Source: Bacilli bacterium (GTDB lineage Bacteria > Bacillota_I > Bacilli_A > Izemoplasmatales > Hujiaoplasmataceae). Taken from it: a stretch of 50,065 nt of DNA. Shown piece after piece: positions 18,346 to 27,540 of the stretch. Location of the stretch: positions 1 through 50,065 of the forward strand of contig JAGYMP010000194.1 of assembly GCA_018400565.1 (NCBI GenBank), in the 5' to 3' direction. The notes beneath the pieces are model-generated. The model had not been told where the DNA came from. It searched no databases and was given only the letters and a program-made list of their open reading frames with translations. Numbering within the stretch: position 1 is the first letter of the stretch; every line of letters starts with the position of its first letter. A program made the translations under genes and the position numbers.

Positions 18346-19905
18346 TTATTTTGCGACGTCCTGAGCCCTTGTTTCACGTATGACGGTTACCTTGATGGTT
18401 CCCGGATAACTCAGGTTTTCTTCGATTTTTTGTTTGATTTGACGGGCAACGACATGCGTTTTCTTGTCGTCGATCTCATTCGGTTTCACAACGACACGAA
18501 TTTCGCGGCCTGCCTGGATGGCAAATGCCTGGTCGACGCCGGACACGGAGTTGGATATTTCTTCAAGTTGTTTGAGTCGCTTGATATACTTTTCAAGTGA
18601 TTCGCTTCGTGCGCCCGGCCGGGCGGCGGATAATGCATCCGCAGCGGCAACTAACACACCAATGATGGTCTCAGCTTCATAGTCACCGTGATGCGTTTTG
18701 ATTGCATCGAGAACCGCTTTGCTCTCATTGTATTTGCCGGCAAGACTGTTGCCGATTTCGATATGGGAACCTTCGACTTCATGGTCGACGGCTTTACCGA
18801 TGTCGTGTAACAACCCTGCACGTTTCGCCAACACTTCATCCTCACCCAGTTCAACAGCCATTTTACCGGCTAGAAATGCGGCTTCGATGGAATGTTTAAG
18901 TGCATTTTGTCCGTATGACGTACGGAAATGCAATCGGCCGATTAATTTCGTTAAATCAGGATGCATTTTTCCGACGCCGGTCTCAAAGACCGCTTCATCC
19001 CCTTTGTCGCGGATGAATTGATCGACTTCAGTGCGTGCTTTTTCAACCATTTCCTCAATGCGTGCGGGATGGATCCTTCCATCAGCAACCAACGCTTCGA
19101 GAGCAATTTTGGCGATTTCGCGGCGGACGGGATCGAAGCCCGACAGCACGACGGCTTCCGGTGTGTCATCAATGATGAGATCGATGCCGGTCAGGGCTTC
19201 GATGGTTCGTATGTTGCGTCCTTCACGGCCGATGACACGGCCTTTCATTTCCTCGTTCGGAAGATGGACGACCGATACGGTCGTTTCCGCGGTGACGTCC
19301 TGCGCATATTTCTGGATGGCTGTGGAGATGATCTCCTTGGAGCGTTTTTGTGCTTCGGATTTGGCCTCTTCTTCCTGTTCCCGGATATAACGGTCAATTT
19401 CCAGCGCCATGTCTTCTTCAACACGTTCCATGACGACTTCTTTTGCTTCTTCCTCCGTGAAATTCGCTATTTCAAGGAGTTTTGAGTTTTGTTCTTCGAT
19501 AATTGCTTCCAATTTGCTTTTTTCGTCTTCAAGCTGTTGCTTCCTTTGGTCAAGATTTTCTTCTTTGCGGTCGAGATTCAATTCTCGTTTGTCAAGATTT
19601 GCAGAACGGCGCTCCAACACTTCTTCGCGCTGGTTGACCTTGTTCTCCATGTCTGACACCATTTTACGTTTTTCTTTGAGAACCTTGTCGTTCTCCTGGT
19701 TTAAGTTATGAATTTCTTGTTTTGCTTCAAGTAACTTTTCTTTTTTGATTCTTTCCGCTTCAGAAGTTGCATCGTCAATAATTGCTTGAGCTTGATTCTT
19801 GGCGGTTTGAAATCCCTTTTCCACGACGGAAACACGGAATAAAAAACCGATGATGGACCCGATCATGAGTCCCAGCAAACTGGAAATAATAATTTCTAAC
19901 ATCAT
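18346..19905 (-). CDS. rny: ribonuclease Y
   Basis: N-terminal TM, coiled coil, KH domain ([12 protein letters not shown]), HD domain ([12 protein letters not shown]). The first ATG of the track ORF lies inside the GGAGG SD (19911-19915), so ATG 19905 or 19902 is preferred. Confidence 0.95.
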   Translation of the reverse strand: MMLEIIISSLLGLMIGSIIGFLFRVSVVEKGFQTAKNQAQAIIDDATSEAERIKKEKLLEAKQEIHNLNQENDKVLKEKRKMVSDMENKVNQREEVLERRSANLDKRELNLDRKEENLDQRKQQLEDEKSKLEAIIEEQNSKLLEIANFTEEEAKEVVMERVEEDMALEIDRYIREQEEEAKSEAQKRSKEIISTAIQKYAQDVTAETTVSVVHLPNEEMKGRVIGREGRNIRTIEALTGIDLIIDDTPEAVVLSGFDPVRREIAKIALEALVADGRIHPARIEEMVEKARTEVDQFIRDKGDEAVFETGVGKMHPDLTKLIGRLHFRTSYGQNALKHSIEAAFLAGKMAVELGEDEVLAKRAGLLHDIGKAVDHEVEGSHIEIGNSLAGKYNESKAVLDAIKTHHGDYEAETIIGVLVAAADALSAARPGARSESLEKYIKRLKQLEEISNSVSGVDQAFAIQAGREIRVVVKPNEIDDKKTHVVARQIKQKIEENLSYPGTIKVTVIRETRAQDVAK

Positions 19906-19986
19906 TATTACCTCCATTTTATTTATTTATAACTAATAGGCGGGCGCGAAACCCGACCACTAATCATATATTAATCTATCTATTTC

Positions 19987-20015
19987 ATTATAGTATAATT
20001 ATCGGTGATAGTCAA
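19987..20015 (-). promoter_or_regulatory. putative rny promoter: TTGACT-17-TATAAT
   Basis: Minus strand TTGACT (20015-20010) and TATAAT (19992-19987), downstream of the recA terminator. Confidence 0.55.
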
Positions 20016-20043
20016 AAGTTATTCTTGTTTTCTTCAGGAATGC

Positions 20044-20076
20044 AAATAAAAATCGCCGGCATGAGCCGACGATTTT
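20044..20076 (-). terminator. intrinsic terminator after recA
   Basis: Minus strand AAATCGTCGGC-TCAT-GCCGGCGATTT (one G-U pair) followed by TTTTATTT. Confidence 0.75.
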
Positions 20077-20082
20077 ATTCGT

Positions 20083-21078
20083 TTATTTCATATTGTAGGT
20101 TTCGCGTACTTTTTCTGCGATCTCATCCTTGAGTTCGGGATTTTCATCCAAAAAGGTTTTGGCGTTTTCTCGCCCCTGACCGATCTTGGTTTCACCATAC
20201 GAATACCACGAACCGCTTTTCTTGATGATATCTTCGTCAACCGCAAGATCGACGATCTCGCCGGTTCTTGAAATACCCTGACCGTAAATGATATCGACTT
20301 CAACCCGTTTGAACGGGGCTGCGACTTTGTTCTTGACGACTTTGATGCGCGTTCGGTTCCCGATTGCCTCATCGCCGTCTTTGATTTGTTGTCCGCGTCT
20401 GATCTCAAGACGCATGGAAGAGTAAAACTTGAGCGCACGGCCGCCCGGCGTGGTTTCCGGGTTACCAAACATGACACCGACTTTTTCGCGGATTTGGTTG
20501 ATGAACAACGCGATGCACTTTGACTTGGAAAGCGCACCTGACAACTTGCGCATGGCCTGTGACATCAGCCGTGCCTGCAACCCGACGTGTGAGTCACCCA
20601 TTTCACCGCGGATTTCGGCTTCCGGAACCAATGCCGCGACTGAATCGATAACGACGATATCGACGGCATTCGAACGGATCAAAGCTTCTGCGATTTCCAA
20701 AGCTTGTTCCCCTGTGTCGGGTTGGGACAAAATCAATTGGTCGATGTCAACGCCCAATGCCTTGGCATAGACAGCATCCATGGCATGTTCGGCATCAATA
20801 AACGCGGCATATCCGCCCGCCGACTGAACTTCAGCGATGGCATGCAACGCCAGCGTGGTCTTACCCGAGGACTCCGGGCCGTAAACCTCGATGATTCTGC
20901 CGCGCGGATATCCACCGACGCCCATGGCCGCATCCAACGCGAGCGACCCGCTCGGATACGATTCCACATTCATGTTCGTCTCGGATTCACCCAGAATCAT
21001 CACCGACCCTTTTCCGTATTCCTTTTCAATCGCCTTGAGGGCGGTCTGCAAATCTTTTTTTCTTTTTTCGTCTGCCAT
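20083..21078 (-). CDS. recA: recombinase RecA
   Basis: [19 protein letters not shown] Walker A. Canonical RecA throughout. Confidence 0.97.
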   Translation of the reverse strand: MADEKRKKDLQTALKAIEKEYGKGSVMILGESETNMNVESYPSGSLALDAAMGVGGYPRGRIIEVYGPESSGKTTLALHAIAEVQSAGGYAAFIDAEHAMDAVYAKALGVDIDQLILSQPDTGEQALEIAEALIRSNAVDIVVIDSVAALVPEAEIRGEMGDSHVGLQARLMSQAMRKLSGALSKSKCIALFINQIREKVGVMFGNPETTPGGRALKFYSSMRLEIRRGQQIKDGDEAIGNRTRIKVVKNKVAAPFKRVEVDIIYGQGISRTGEIVDLAVDEDIIKKSGSWYSYGETKIGQGRENAKTFLDENPELKDEIAEKVRETYNMK

Positions 21079-21157
21079 ATGTTATGGCCTCCCATCTGCT
21101 ATTCTAATACTGTAAGGTGTTGTCAATATAATGATATGTGCAATCATTGTGATTGCT

Positions 21158-21733
21158 TCATTTTTTTTCGGATTCATAAAAGAGTGTTTTGTTTTTCAAG
21201 AGGTAATCAATTCCCGACAAGAGTGTCAAAAACAAGACGCCGAGCATAAGGACGACTCCTGTAATCTGAACCGAAAGATTTTCGATCGGCATCAAAAAGA
21301 AATAATAAGCGAACGCCACCATGGATAACGCGGTCTTGTATTTACCAAGGTGTGATGCCGCAATGAGCTTCCCTGTACCGACGGCGACAAGTCTGATTGA
21401 TGTCACCATGAGTTCCCGTCCGACAATCAGCAGCACAAACCAAAACGGCATCCAGATTGAAGAATTGTAAAACGCCGCATCCATAAAAATCAAAAGGGCG
21501 CTGATAATCAACAATTTATCGGCGAGCGGGTCCATGAATTTACCGAATGTGGTGACGATATTGTTCTTCCTTGCAATGTGTCCGTCAAAGAAATCAGTGA
21601 CAGAGGCGATGACGAAAATGATACCCATGATCATAAATGTCATCGCGCCGATGGTATCCTCGAATAAATAAAGAACAACCATCACGGGAATCAAAATCAT
21701 CCGAAGTGTCGTGAGCCGGTTGGGAACATTCAT
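21158..21733 (-). CDS. pgsA: CDP-diacylglycerol--glycerol-3-phosphate 3-phosphatidyltransferase
   Basis: CDP-alcohol phosphatidyltransferase motif DGHIARKNNIVTTFGKFMDPLADK. Multi-TM, 191 aa. Confidence 0.9.
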   Translation of the reverse strand: MNVPNRLTTLRMILIPVMVVLYLFEDTIGAMTFMIMGIIFVIASVTDFFDGHIARKNNIVTTFGKFMDPLADKLLIISALLIFMDAAFYNSSIWMPFWFVLLIVGRELMVTSIRLVAVGTGKLIAASHLGKYKTALSMVAFAYYFFLMPIENLSVQITGVVLMLGVLFLTLLSGIDYLLKNKTLFYESEKK

Positions 21734-21742
21734 GGTTTCACC

Positions 21743-22480
21743 TCATTCATCGATCTCAGGATTGAAATCCGCGATGTTGGTATAAATGTCCTGGACATCT
21801 TCAATCTCATTCAACATGTCATACAAACGGCGCACACGATCCAACTCTTCATCTTTGAGCTCAACGGTATCCATCGGAATATACGTCGATTCATCAAAGA
21901 TGAATTCAAGTTCTTTGTCCGTTGCCTGCAACGCTTCTTTCATCGGGTTGAGATTTGTCGGTTCACCGATGATTGTGACGATGTCTTCATCTTTTTTCAT
22001 GTCAAGGATATCGACGTCAGCTTCCATCATCGCTTCAAGCGTTTCCTCTTCCGTTAACCCTTTGAAGGAAATTTTGGCACGAAAATTATACATATAAGCA
22101 ACGCTTCCTTCGACACCGAGATTATTGTCGGTTTTCTTGAAACAATTGCGAATGGCGCCGAAAGTGCGGGTTCCGTTGTCCGTCAGACATTCGATGATCA
22201 AAGTCGACCCCGACGGTCCGAACCCTTCATAACGCGCCGGTTCGTAATGTTCGCCCAAATTGCCTTTGGATTTTTCGATGTTGCGTTTGATCACATCGGC
22301 CGGTATCTGATTTTGCTTGGCACGGTCGATCACGTGCCGGAGTGTCAGGTTTGTGTCGGGATCCGGCCCACCCTCTTTGGCGGCCATGTAGATTTTCTTC
22401 CCGAATTTTGAATAGAGTTTGCTTTTCATCCGGCTGGTTTTTTTCATGGCTTCTTTTCTTACGTTGTGAGCTCTTCCCAT
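21743..22480 (-). CDS. yebC: YebC/PmpR-family transcriptional/translational regulator
   Basis: 245 aa with YebC-like N-terminus (...KSKLYSKFGKKIYMAAKEGGPDPDTNLTLRHVIDRAKQNQIP) and C-terminal acidic tail. Confidence 0.85.
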   Translation of the reverse strand: MGRAHNVRKEAMKKTSRMKSKLYSKFGKKIYMAAKEGGPDPDTNLTLRHVIDRAKQNQIPADVIKRNIEKSKGNLGEHYEPARYEGFGPSGSTLIIECLTDNGTRTFGAIRNCFKKTDNNLGVEGSVAYMYNFRAKISFKGLTEEETLEAMMEADVDILDMKKDEDIVTIIGEPTNLNPMKEALQATDKELEFIFDESTYIPMDTVELKDEELDRVRRLYDMLNEIEDVQDIYTNIADFNPEIDE

Positions 22481-22489
22481 CGTTTCACC

Positions 22490-23344
22490 TCAATCGTATT
22501 TTTGGAGAATTGTCTTGTCTTTTTCCAAACGAACCCGTCGTGCTTTATAAAGTGCGCCCAGACCTCTCTTAAAAGCGGATTTGCTCATGGAGAAGACTTT
22601 ACGGATTTCATCCTTGTCGGATTTGTCCGTGAACGGCATTGTGCCACCCTGTGCTTTTAAATAATCATAAATGCGTTGTGCATCCTTGTCCATTTGAATC
22701 TCTTTTTGTTCGATCAATGTGCCGTGGTATTTCTTATCATCGATGCGATAAGTGATTTTAACATTCAGAGATTCCCCCAAACGATGGGGGTTCCGGGTGT
22801 TATCGTTATGAATGAAAATCTCGTGGCCTTCCGTCGTGTAGCTGACAAAACCCTTTTCCTCGATGTATACCACCCACGCTTGTGCTTCATCGCCATCAGA
22901 GAGCTTATCCGTTGTCTTGGGAAAATATGACTGGATGTCTTTGCGTTTTGGTATCGCCGCATACAGACGATGTTCCTCGGCTTTCATGCGAACGAACATC
23001 TTATCACCGGGTTTGGGCCAAAGTTTCCGTAAATCCGGCAGTTCTTTTTTAAAAAGCAAAAGGTCCTTGACCATGCCGTAAAACAAAAAGACACCAAGAT
23101 CGGGTTTGACCTGATTGATTTCCAAAAATGCCGCAGAACCAACCGAAATCATGTTGACTTTGGTCGAAGCGGTCAATCTGTTTTGATGGTCCGTATAAAT
23201 GAATACATCGATTTTCTCACCGGGTTCATAATCGTGAAGGGCTTCTTTTTTATGTAAAAATGCCTCTTCATCACCATCGGTGAGCAAATATGCGATGTCT
23301 GTTTCGCGTTTGACTTTCAGTGTTTGTCTTCGTCCTGGTTTCAT
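22490..23344 (-). CDS. cvfB: S1-like RNA-binding protein CvfB/YitL family
   Basis: MKPGRRQTLKVKRETDIAYLL start typical of CvfB. Repeated S1-like units. C-terminal winged-helix-like part. ATG 23344 with GGAGG SD at 23351-23355. Confidence 0.75.
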   Translation of the reverse strand: MKPGRRQTLKVKRETDIAYLLTDGDEEAFLHKKEALHDYEPGEKIDVFIYTDHQNRLTASTKVNMISVGSAAFLEINQVKPDLGVFLFYGMVKDLLLFKKELPDLRKLWPKPGDKMFVRMKAEEHRLYAAIPKRKDIQSYFPKTTDKLSDGDEAQAWVVYIEEKGFVSYTTEGHEIFIHNDNTRNPHRLGESLNVKITYRIDDKKYHGTLIEQKEIQMDKDAQRIYDYLKAQGGTMPFTDKSDKDEIRKVFSMSKSAFKRGLGALYKARRVRLEKDKTILQKYD

Positions 23345-23372
23345 AATGTTCCTCCATTGAGTTCCGGTCCTC

Positions 23373-23381
23373 ATTATACCA
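23373..23381 (-). promoter_or_regulatory. extended -10 element (TGGTATAAT) upstream of cvfB
   Basis: Minus strand TGGTATAAT about 29 nt upstream of ATG 23344. Confidence 0.35.
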
Positions 23382-23423
23382 AACGAAAGCCGATGTGTCC
23401 ATCAATTCCGGTCAGGCGAATGG

Positions 23424-24473
23424 TCAGTTTCGCTCATCGTTCTCCTTTTTGATGAGATCGATCGAATGGGCCTTGAATGTGCGGATCTCGTCTTTGAGTG
23501 ATATCGTCGTGTAATGCCAGGGTTTTTCCAGTGCGGGCAGGACATAGTTTTCAAAAAGCGGGTACAGCGATTGCTTTTCGTATGCCTGTGTCACAAACAC
23601 GGCATGTGTTTCCGGATGAACGATGATAAGCTGATTATGCAAACCGGCTGCGCGGTAACCGCCGGCATGGTTCATCCAAAAACCAAAACCATAGCCGTCT
23701 TTGTTGTGTTCTAAGACGGACAGATGCGTTGTATCGACTTGCTTGTTGGTTGCCATGTCAAGATAATTCTTCGATACAATGCGTTGATCGTTCCACATAC
23801 CGTCTGAGAGCAGCAACACACCGATCTTTCCCATGTCTGTCAAAGTAAGTTTTAATCCCGACGCACCGAACGTATAACCATCGATCTCATTCCATGTCGG
23901 TTGATCAATGTTCAGCGGCCGGAACATCCGTTCATGCAGAAAATCATTTAAGGTTTTGTTTGTCAATTCAGTCACGATCACCGAAAGCAGAAATGTCGCA
24001 TAATTGTTATAAAAGAAATGCTTTCCGAGCGGATGCGTGCGCTTGACCGTGAAAAAACGTCCGATCAAATCATCGCTGGCCTTCAGATCCATGAAAATAT
24101 CCTCTTTCTGACCGGTGGTCATCGTCAAAAGATGCCGTATGGTAAGGTTTTCATATTCCTCAGGAATATCATCGGTCAATGAAGAGAGGTACGACGAGAC
24201 ATGTTGATCGAGATCGATCCGCTTGTCATCATAAAGCATGCCGATGGCCAGACTAGTCAATGACTTCGCGACCGAATATACCGGATGGGGATCATGTTCG
24301 TCAAAACCGGTTGCAGAAGCCGAAAACACTTTTGCGCCGTCACGGATTAACATCATTTGATGAATATTCAGGTCTTCCTCAATGATGTGTGAGAACATCG
24401 CGGACAGCGGTTCCTTGTAGACATCGGCATCTCTGCACGATGTCTTCTCAAATTCTTTCACGGGAAATAACAT
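23424..24473 (-). CDS. serine hydrolase of the class-C beta-lactamase/PBP-like (esterase VIII) superfamily, no signal peptide
   Basis: SxxK nucleophile motif YSVAKSL. Downstream YxN-like FYNNY. HAGG near the C-terminal third. No N-terminal hydrophobic segment. Confidence 0.7.
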   Translation of the reverse strand: MLFPVKEFEKTSCRDADVYKEPLSAMFSHIIEEDLNIHQMMLIRDGAKVFSASATGFDEHDPHPVYSVAKSLTSLAIGMLYDDKRIDLDQHVSSYLSSLTDDIPEEYENLTIRHLLTMTTGQKEDIFMDLKASDDLIGRFFTVKRTHPLGKHFFYNNYATFLLSVIVTELTNKTLNDFLHERMFRPLNIDQPTWNEIDGYTFGASGLKLTLTDMGKIGVLLLSDGMWNDQRIVSKNYLDMATNKQVDTTHLSVLEHNKDGYGFGFWMNHAGGYRAAGLHNQLIIVHPETHAVFVTQAYEKQSLYPLFENYVLPALEKPWHYTTISLKDEIRTFKAHSIDLIKKENDERN

Positions 24474-24538
24474 GGCATCCTCCTTTTGATTTTTTCCTTA
24501 TGGTTAAATTATAAAACAAAGGGCAGGGAAAAACAACA

Positions 24539-26017
24539 TCATGTGTCATTCCCGCCCATATTTTTCATGAGATATTTGTAGAACCACACCGCTTTCGTCA
24601 ATGAGGCCAACGGCAGTGATTCATTGTCACCATGCATTTTTTTCAAGTCATCATTTGTGATCACGATCGGTGAAAACCGGAGTGCCGCATCACTCACGTC
24701 CTGATAATGCCGGGCATCCGTTGAACCGAAGATCATGTAAGGACTGACGGAAACATCGGGAAACACGGTCTTGATTGCGTGTTTCACAAAACGGTAAGCC
24801 TCGCTGTCAGTCGATACCTTCTTCTTTGCGTCCCGGTAATCGGTGAGAACAGCTTCGACATCATATTTTTCCGCAATCCGTTTCAATACGGTGAATGACG
24901 CTTTGCTGTCCTGAATGGGATGAATCCGTAAATTCGCCACCACGTTCGCTTCTGCGGGAATGACGTTTTCCGCATCGCTCCCCTCAGCCATCGTGAAAGC
25001 GACGGTCGTCGAGAAAAGCGCCCGACCGTAAGGGCTCATGGCAGGCAACAAACGCGTGATAAGCGGCTTAAACAACCACATGTTCCCGAATAATAACCGA
25101 TATAAAAAACCCATCCGCGGTGCAGCGGTGGCCAAAAGGGCGCGCACCTCGGGAATCATTTTTGTTTCAAGCGGGAAATGATGTTCGACGTCATGGACAA
25201 AATTCGCAAGTCGTGCGATCGGTGTGTGTTTCGGCGGTGTCGAAGAATGACCGCCGTGTGATTTTGCGGTGAAAGTTATGTTTGCATATCCTTTTTCCAA
25301 GACACCGATCAAGGCTATCGGTGATGTGAGTGTCGGTAAGGCATCACGGACGATCGCACCGCCTTCATCAAGGACCAAAAACGGAGTAACACCGTTCTTT
25401 TTGAACCACTCGGCCGGTTGCTTCGCCCCGGGCCCGGACAATTCCTCATTCGAGGAACTCACGAAAAAAATGTCCCTGTCCGGGATGAATCCTTCTTCGA
25501 TCAATTCCTCGGCGGCCTGAAAGAAGGCGTAGAGGGTACATTTTGTGTCAAACGTACCCCGTCCGTAAATCTGCTTGTCTTTGACGGTTTTTGAAAAAGG
25601 CGGCACATCCCATGACCCTTCATCGGCATCGACAACATCCTGATGGGCCATCAGGACAACGGGATCCAAATCGGCTTTTCCTTTCCAGTGAAACATAAGC
25701 GTGCGATCGGGAAATACCGTTCTTTCCATGTTTTGATGCACACGGGGGAAAAGTTCCTCCAAGCGCTTGTGAAAAAAGTCAAAAGCTGAATAATCTTCCT
25801 GAGACTTATCGGCGACGGTTTTGATCTCGATCAACGTCGCAAGACGTTCGCCGTGTGATTGAGATTCTGACTCATTTGGTTCGTCCACAGAAACCGATGC
25901 CTTCTCTTTAATGAGAATCGCACGGATCGAAGCCACGATCAGCAATATAAAACCAACCGCCAAAACACTGAGAAACATCCATAAAAGAATCGTCAGTATT
26001 AATAACAGGGGTTCCAT
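24539..26017 (-). CDS. M20-family metallopeptidase (carboxypeptidase-S-like) with N-terminal membrane anchor
   Basis: M20 ligand motifs MAHQDVV, GRGTFDTKC, SSNEELSG. N-terminal hydrophobic stretch LLLILTILLWMFLSVLAVGFILLIVA. ATG 26017 fits the GAAGGTGA SD. The track start ATG 26023 forms ATGA with the upstream stop. Confidence 0.8.
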   Translation of the reverse strand: MEPLLLILTILLWMFLSVLAVGFILLIVASIRAILIKEKASVSVDEPNESESQSHGERLATLIEIKTVADKSQEDYSAFDFFHKRLEELFPRVHQNMERTVFPDRTLMFHWKGKADLDPVVLMAHQDVVDADEGSWDVPPFSKTVKDKQIYGRGTFDTKCTLYAFFQAAEELIEEGFIPDRDIFFVSSSNEELSGPGAKQPAEWFKKNGVTPFLVLDEGGAIVRDALPTLTSPIALIGVLEKGYANITFTAKSHGGHSSTPPKHTPIARLANFVHDVEHHFPLETKMIPEVRALLATAAPRMGFLYRLLFGNMWLFKPLITRLLPAMSPYGRALFSTTVAFTMAEGSDAENVIPAEANVVANLRIHPIQDSKASFTVLKRIAEKYDVEAVLTDYRDAKKKVSTDSEAYRFVKHAIKTVFPDVSVSPYMIFGSTDARHYQDVSDAALRFSPIVITNDDLKKMHGDNESLPLASLTKAVWFYKYLMKNMGGNDT

Positions 26018-26019
26018 GT

Positions 26020-26706
26020 TCATTCACCTTCATTCTTATTTGTGAGCATGCCCTTTGCATGCATGTATCTTGCGAACAAAAGAGAGACAAGCGCGGCCAA
26101 CACAATCATGATCGCGATGTTGCCATGCACGAATGTGGGTGCGATCAGTGACAATGCCACCACAAAGACAAGCGGGGAGATGATCAATTTGGGATTGCTC
26201 TTAAAATATTTGTAGCCCAAAGCCCCGAACAAAGCCGGGACGACCCAGTTGAAGGCCGGTCTTAAGACAGGGCTGTTCAAAATCGGACGCAGGGGAATCA
26301 AAAGCGCCACGCCGATGACCAGAATCATGACGGTGGTCACCGTCGATGCGGACACGGAGAGCGTCGCCACGATTTCGTTCTCGGGTGTGTTCATCTTCGT
26401 TTTGCAGATCGCCCTTGCATTCATGACACAGGGGATCTTCAGATTCGCAAGATTGCCGGTGATGAAAGCGAGGTATGTCGCCGATGTGCCCAAAAAGGGT
26501 GAGTAAGTCGCGACCTCAATGATACCGCCCGGTAGTTGAAGCAACGAAAGCGTGATCACGCCGAGCACCAAAGCATCCATGTTCGGACTGACCCCGGTGA
26601 CCAAGGAAATCACCGTCGGAACGCTAATCATGACCAACAGTCCGAGAACGGTGAATATCCGTCCATACCGATGCATCCTGTCACGGTATGTAAGTGTCGT
26701 TTCCAT
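26020..26706 (-). CDS. polytopic membrane protein, family not assignable by eye (subunit B of a coupled pair)
   Basis: 228 aa, about 6-7 hydrophobic helices. ATG 26706 overlaps the upstream TGA (TGATG), which removes the non-hydrophobic 30-aa extension of the track ORF. Confidence 0.6.
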   Translation of the reverse strand: METTLTYRDRMHRYGRIFTVLGLLVMISVPTVISLVTGVSPNMDALVLGVITLSLLQLPGGIIEVATYSPFLGTSATYLAFITGNLANLKIPCVMNARAICKTKMNTPENEIVATLSVSASTVTTVMILVIGVALLIPLRPILNSPVLRPAFNWVVPALFGALGYKYFKSNPKLIISPLVFVVALSLIAPTFVHGNIAIMIVLAALVSLLFARYMHAKGMLTNKNEGE

Positions 26707-27497
26707 CAATACACACCCCCGAGTCCGAGTAAGACAGCGGTTGTCATGCCGATGATCATCGATAAAGACAGTTGGAAATTCTCGAGCCACTTCCACTCGG
26801 TTTTTTGAATGACTTTGTCAAACGCTGCCATCGTGATCATCGACACCAAAAAAACGATCACCGGGACAAAGGTCGTGCTGTCTTCATAGATGTATTGGCC
26901 CTGATCATCGGTGACAAACGTCCCGTTTTCGATGATCCTCGTCTCATAATGGATCATTTTGGAAAAAGCGGACCCAAAAAAAGCAAGAATCATGCCGATA
27001 AACACTGCATCAAAAATGATGGCGCCAAAGCCGCCCGATTCGTTATCGGTCGCTTTGTCAATGACCTTCATTTGATATTTTTTAAAGAAAAACAACGCAA
27101 AAAGACTGCCCCAGATGATGGAAAACGTCATCACAAAGGCAATCGTGACAAAGTTCTCTGTGGTCATGGCCTGGGCTGTGATGCCATCAGCCGCGACGCT
27201 CACGGCCATGAGTTCATAATGCAGCGCACCGACGACCGTCAAGCGAATCCAAGGCAGCGGTAATCCCAAAAGACCGGACATCGTAATCACGCCGATGAAA
27301 ATGCCGACCGACGGCAGAACGGAAAAACTCATTGATGAAACGATGGCTTTTTTGAGTGTCGTCTTATCCATGCCGAGCTCTTTGCTGCGGCGGTATGCCA
27401 TAAAGCCGAAAATCACAGCGCCGATCAAGATGAAGATGGTGACGAACGCACCGAGCATATACAACCACGATGCCTCTTTGATTTGTTCGATTTCCAT
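26706..27497 (-). CDS. polytopic membrane protein, family not assignable by eye (subunit A of a coupled pair)
   Basis: 263 aa, several hydrophobic helices plus one ~45-aa hydrophilic loop (YETRIIENGTFVTDDQGQYIYEDSTT). ATG 27497 lies 5 nt after the AAAGGAAG SD (27503-27510). Confidence 0.6.
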   Translation of the reverse strand: MEIEQIKEASWLYMLGAFVTIFILIGAVIFGFMAYRRSKELGMDKTTLKKAIVSSMSFSVLPSVGIFIGVITMSGLLGLPLPWIRLTVVGALHYELMAVSVAADGITAQAMTTENFVTIAFVMTFSIIWGSLFALFFFKKYQMKVIDKATDNESGGFGAIIFDAVFIGMILAFFGSAFSKMIHYETRIIENGTFVTDDQGQYIYEDSTTFVPVIVFLVSMITMAAFDKVIQKTEWKWLENFQLSLSMIIGMTTAVLLGLGGVY

Positions 27498-27540
27498 GTC
27501 ATCTTCCTTTCGTGTCATCGTTTAAAATATCAAAAACTGT

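Noticed and set aside
17541-18383. 280-aa plus-strand ORF mirroring ymdB almost codon for codon
   Set aside because: The translation has no recognisable motifs and an odd composition. The minus-strand frame encodes a textbook YmdB metallophosphoesterase. Long antisense ORFs arise by chance when stop-complement codons are avoided. There is no SD or promoter.
21079-21157. Search for a LexA (Cheo) box CGAAC-N4-GTTCG and a clear promoter upstream of recA; a small palindrome GCAATCA-caa-TGATTGC lies at 21140-21156
   Set aside because: No Cheo-box-like sequence was seen. TTGACA and TAGAAT are only 14 nt apart. The palindrome sits just after the pgsA stop and lacks a U-tract. No supportable regulatory call can be made.
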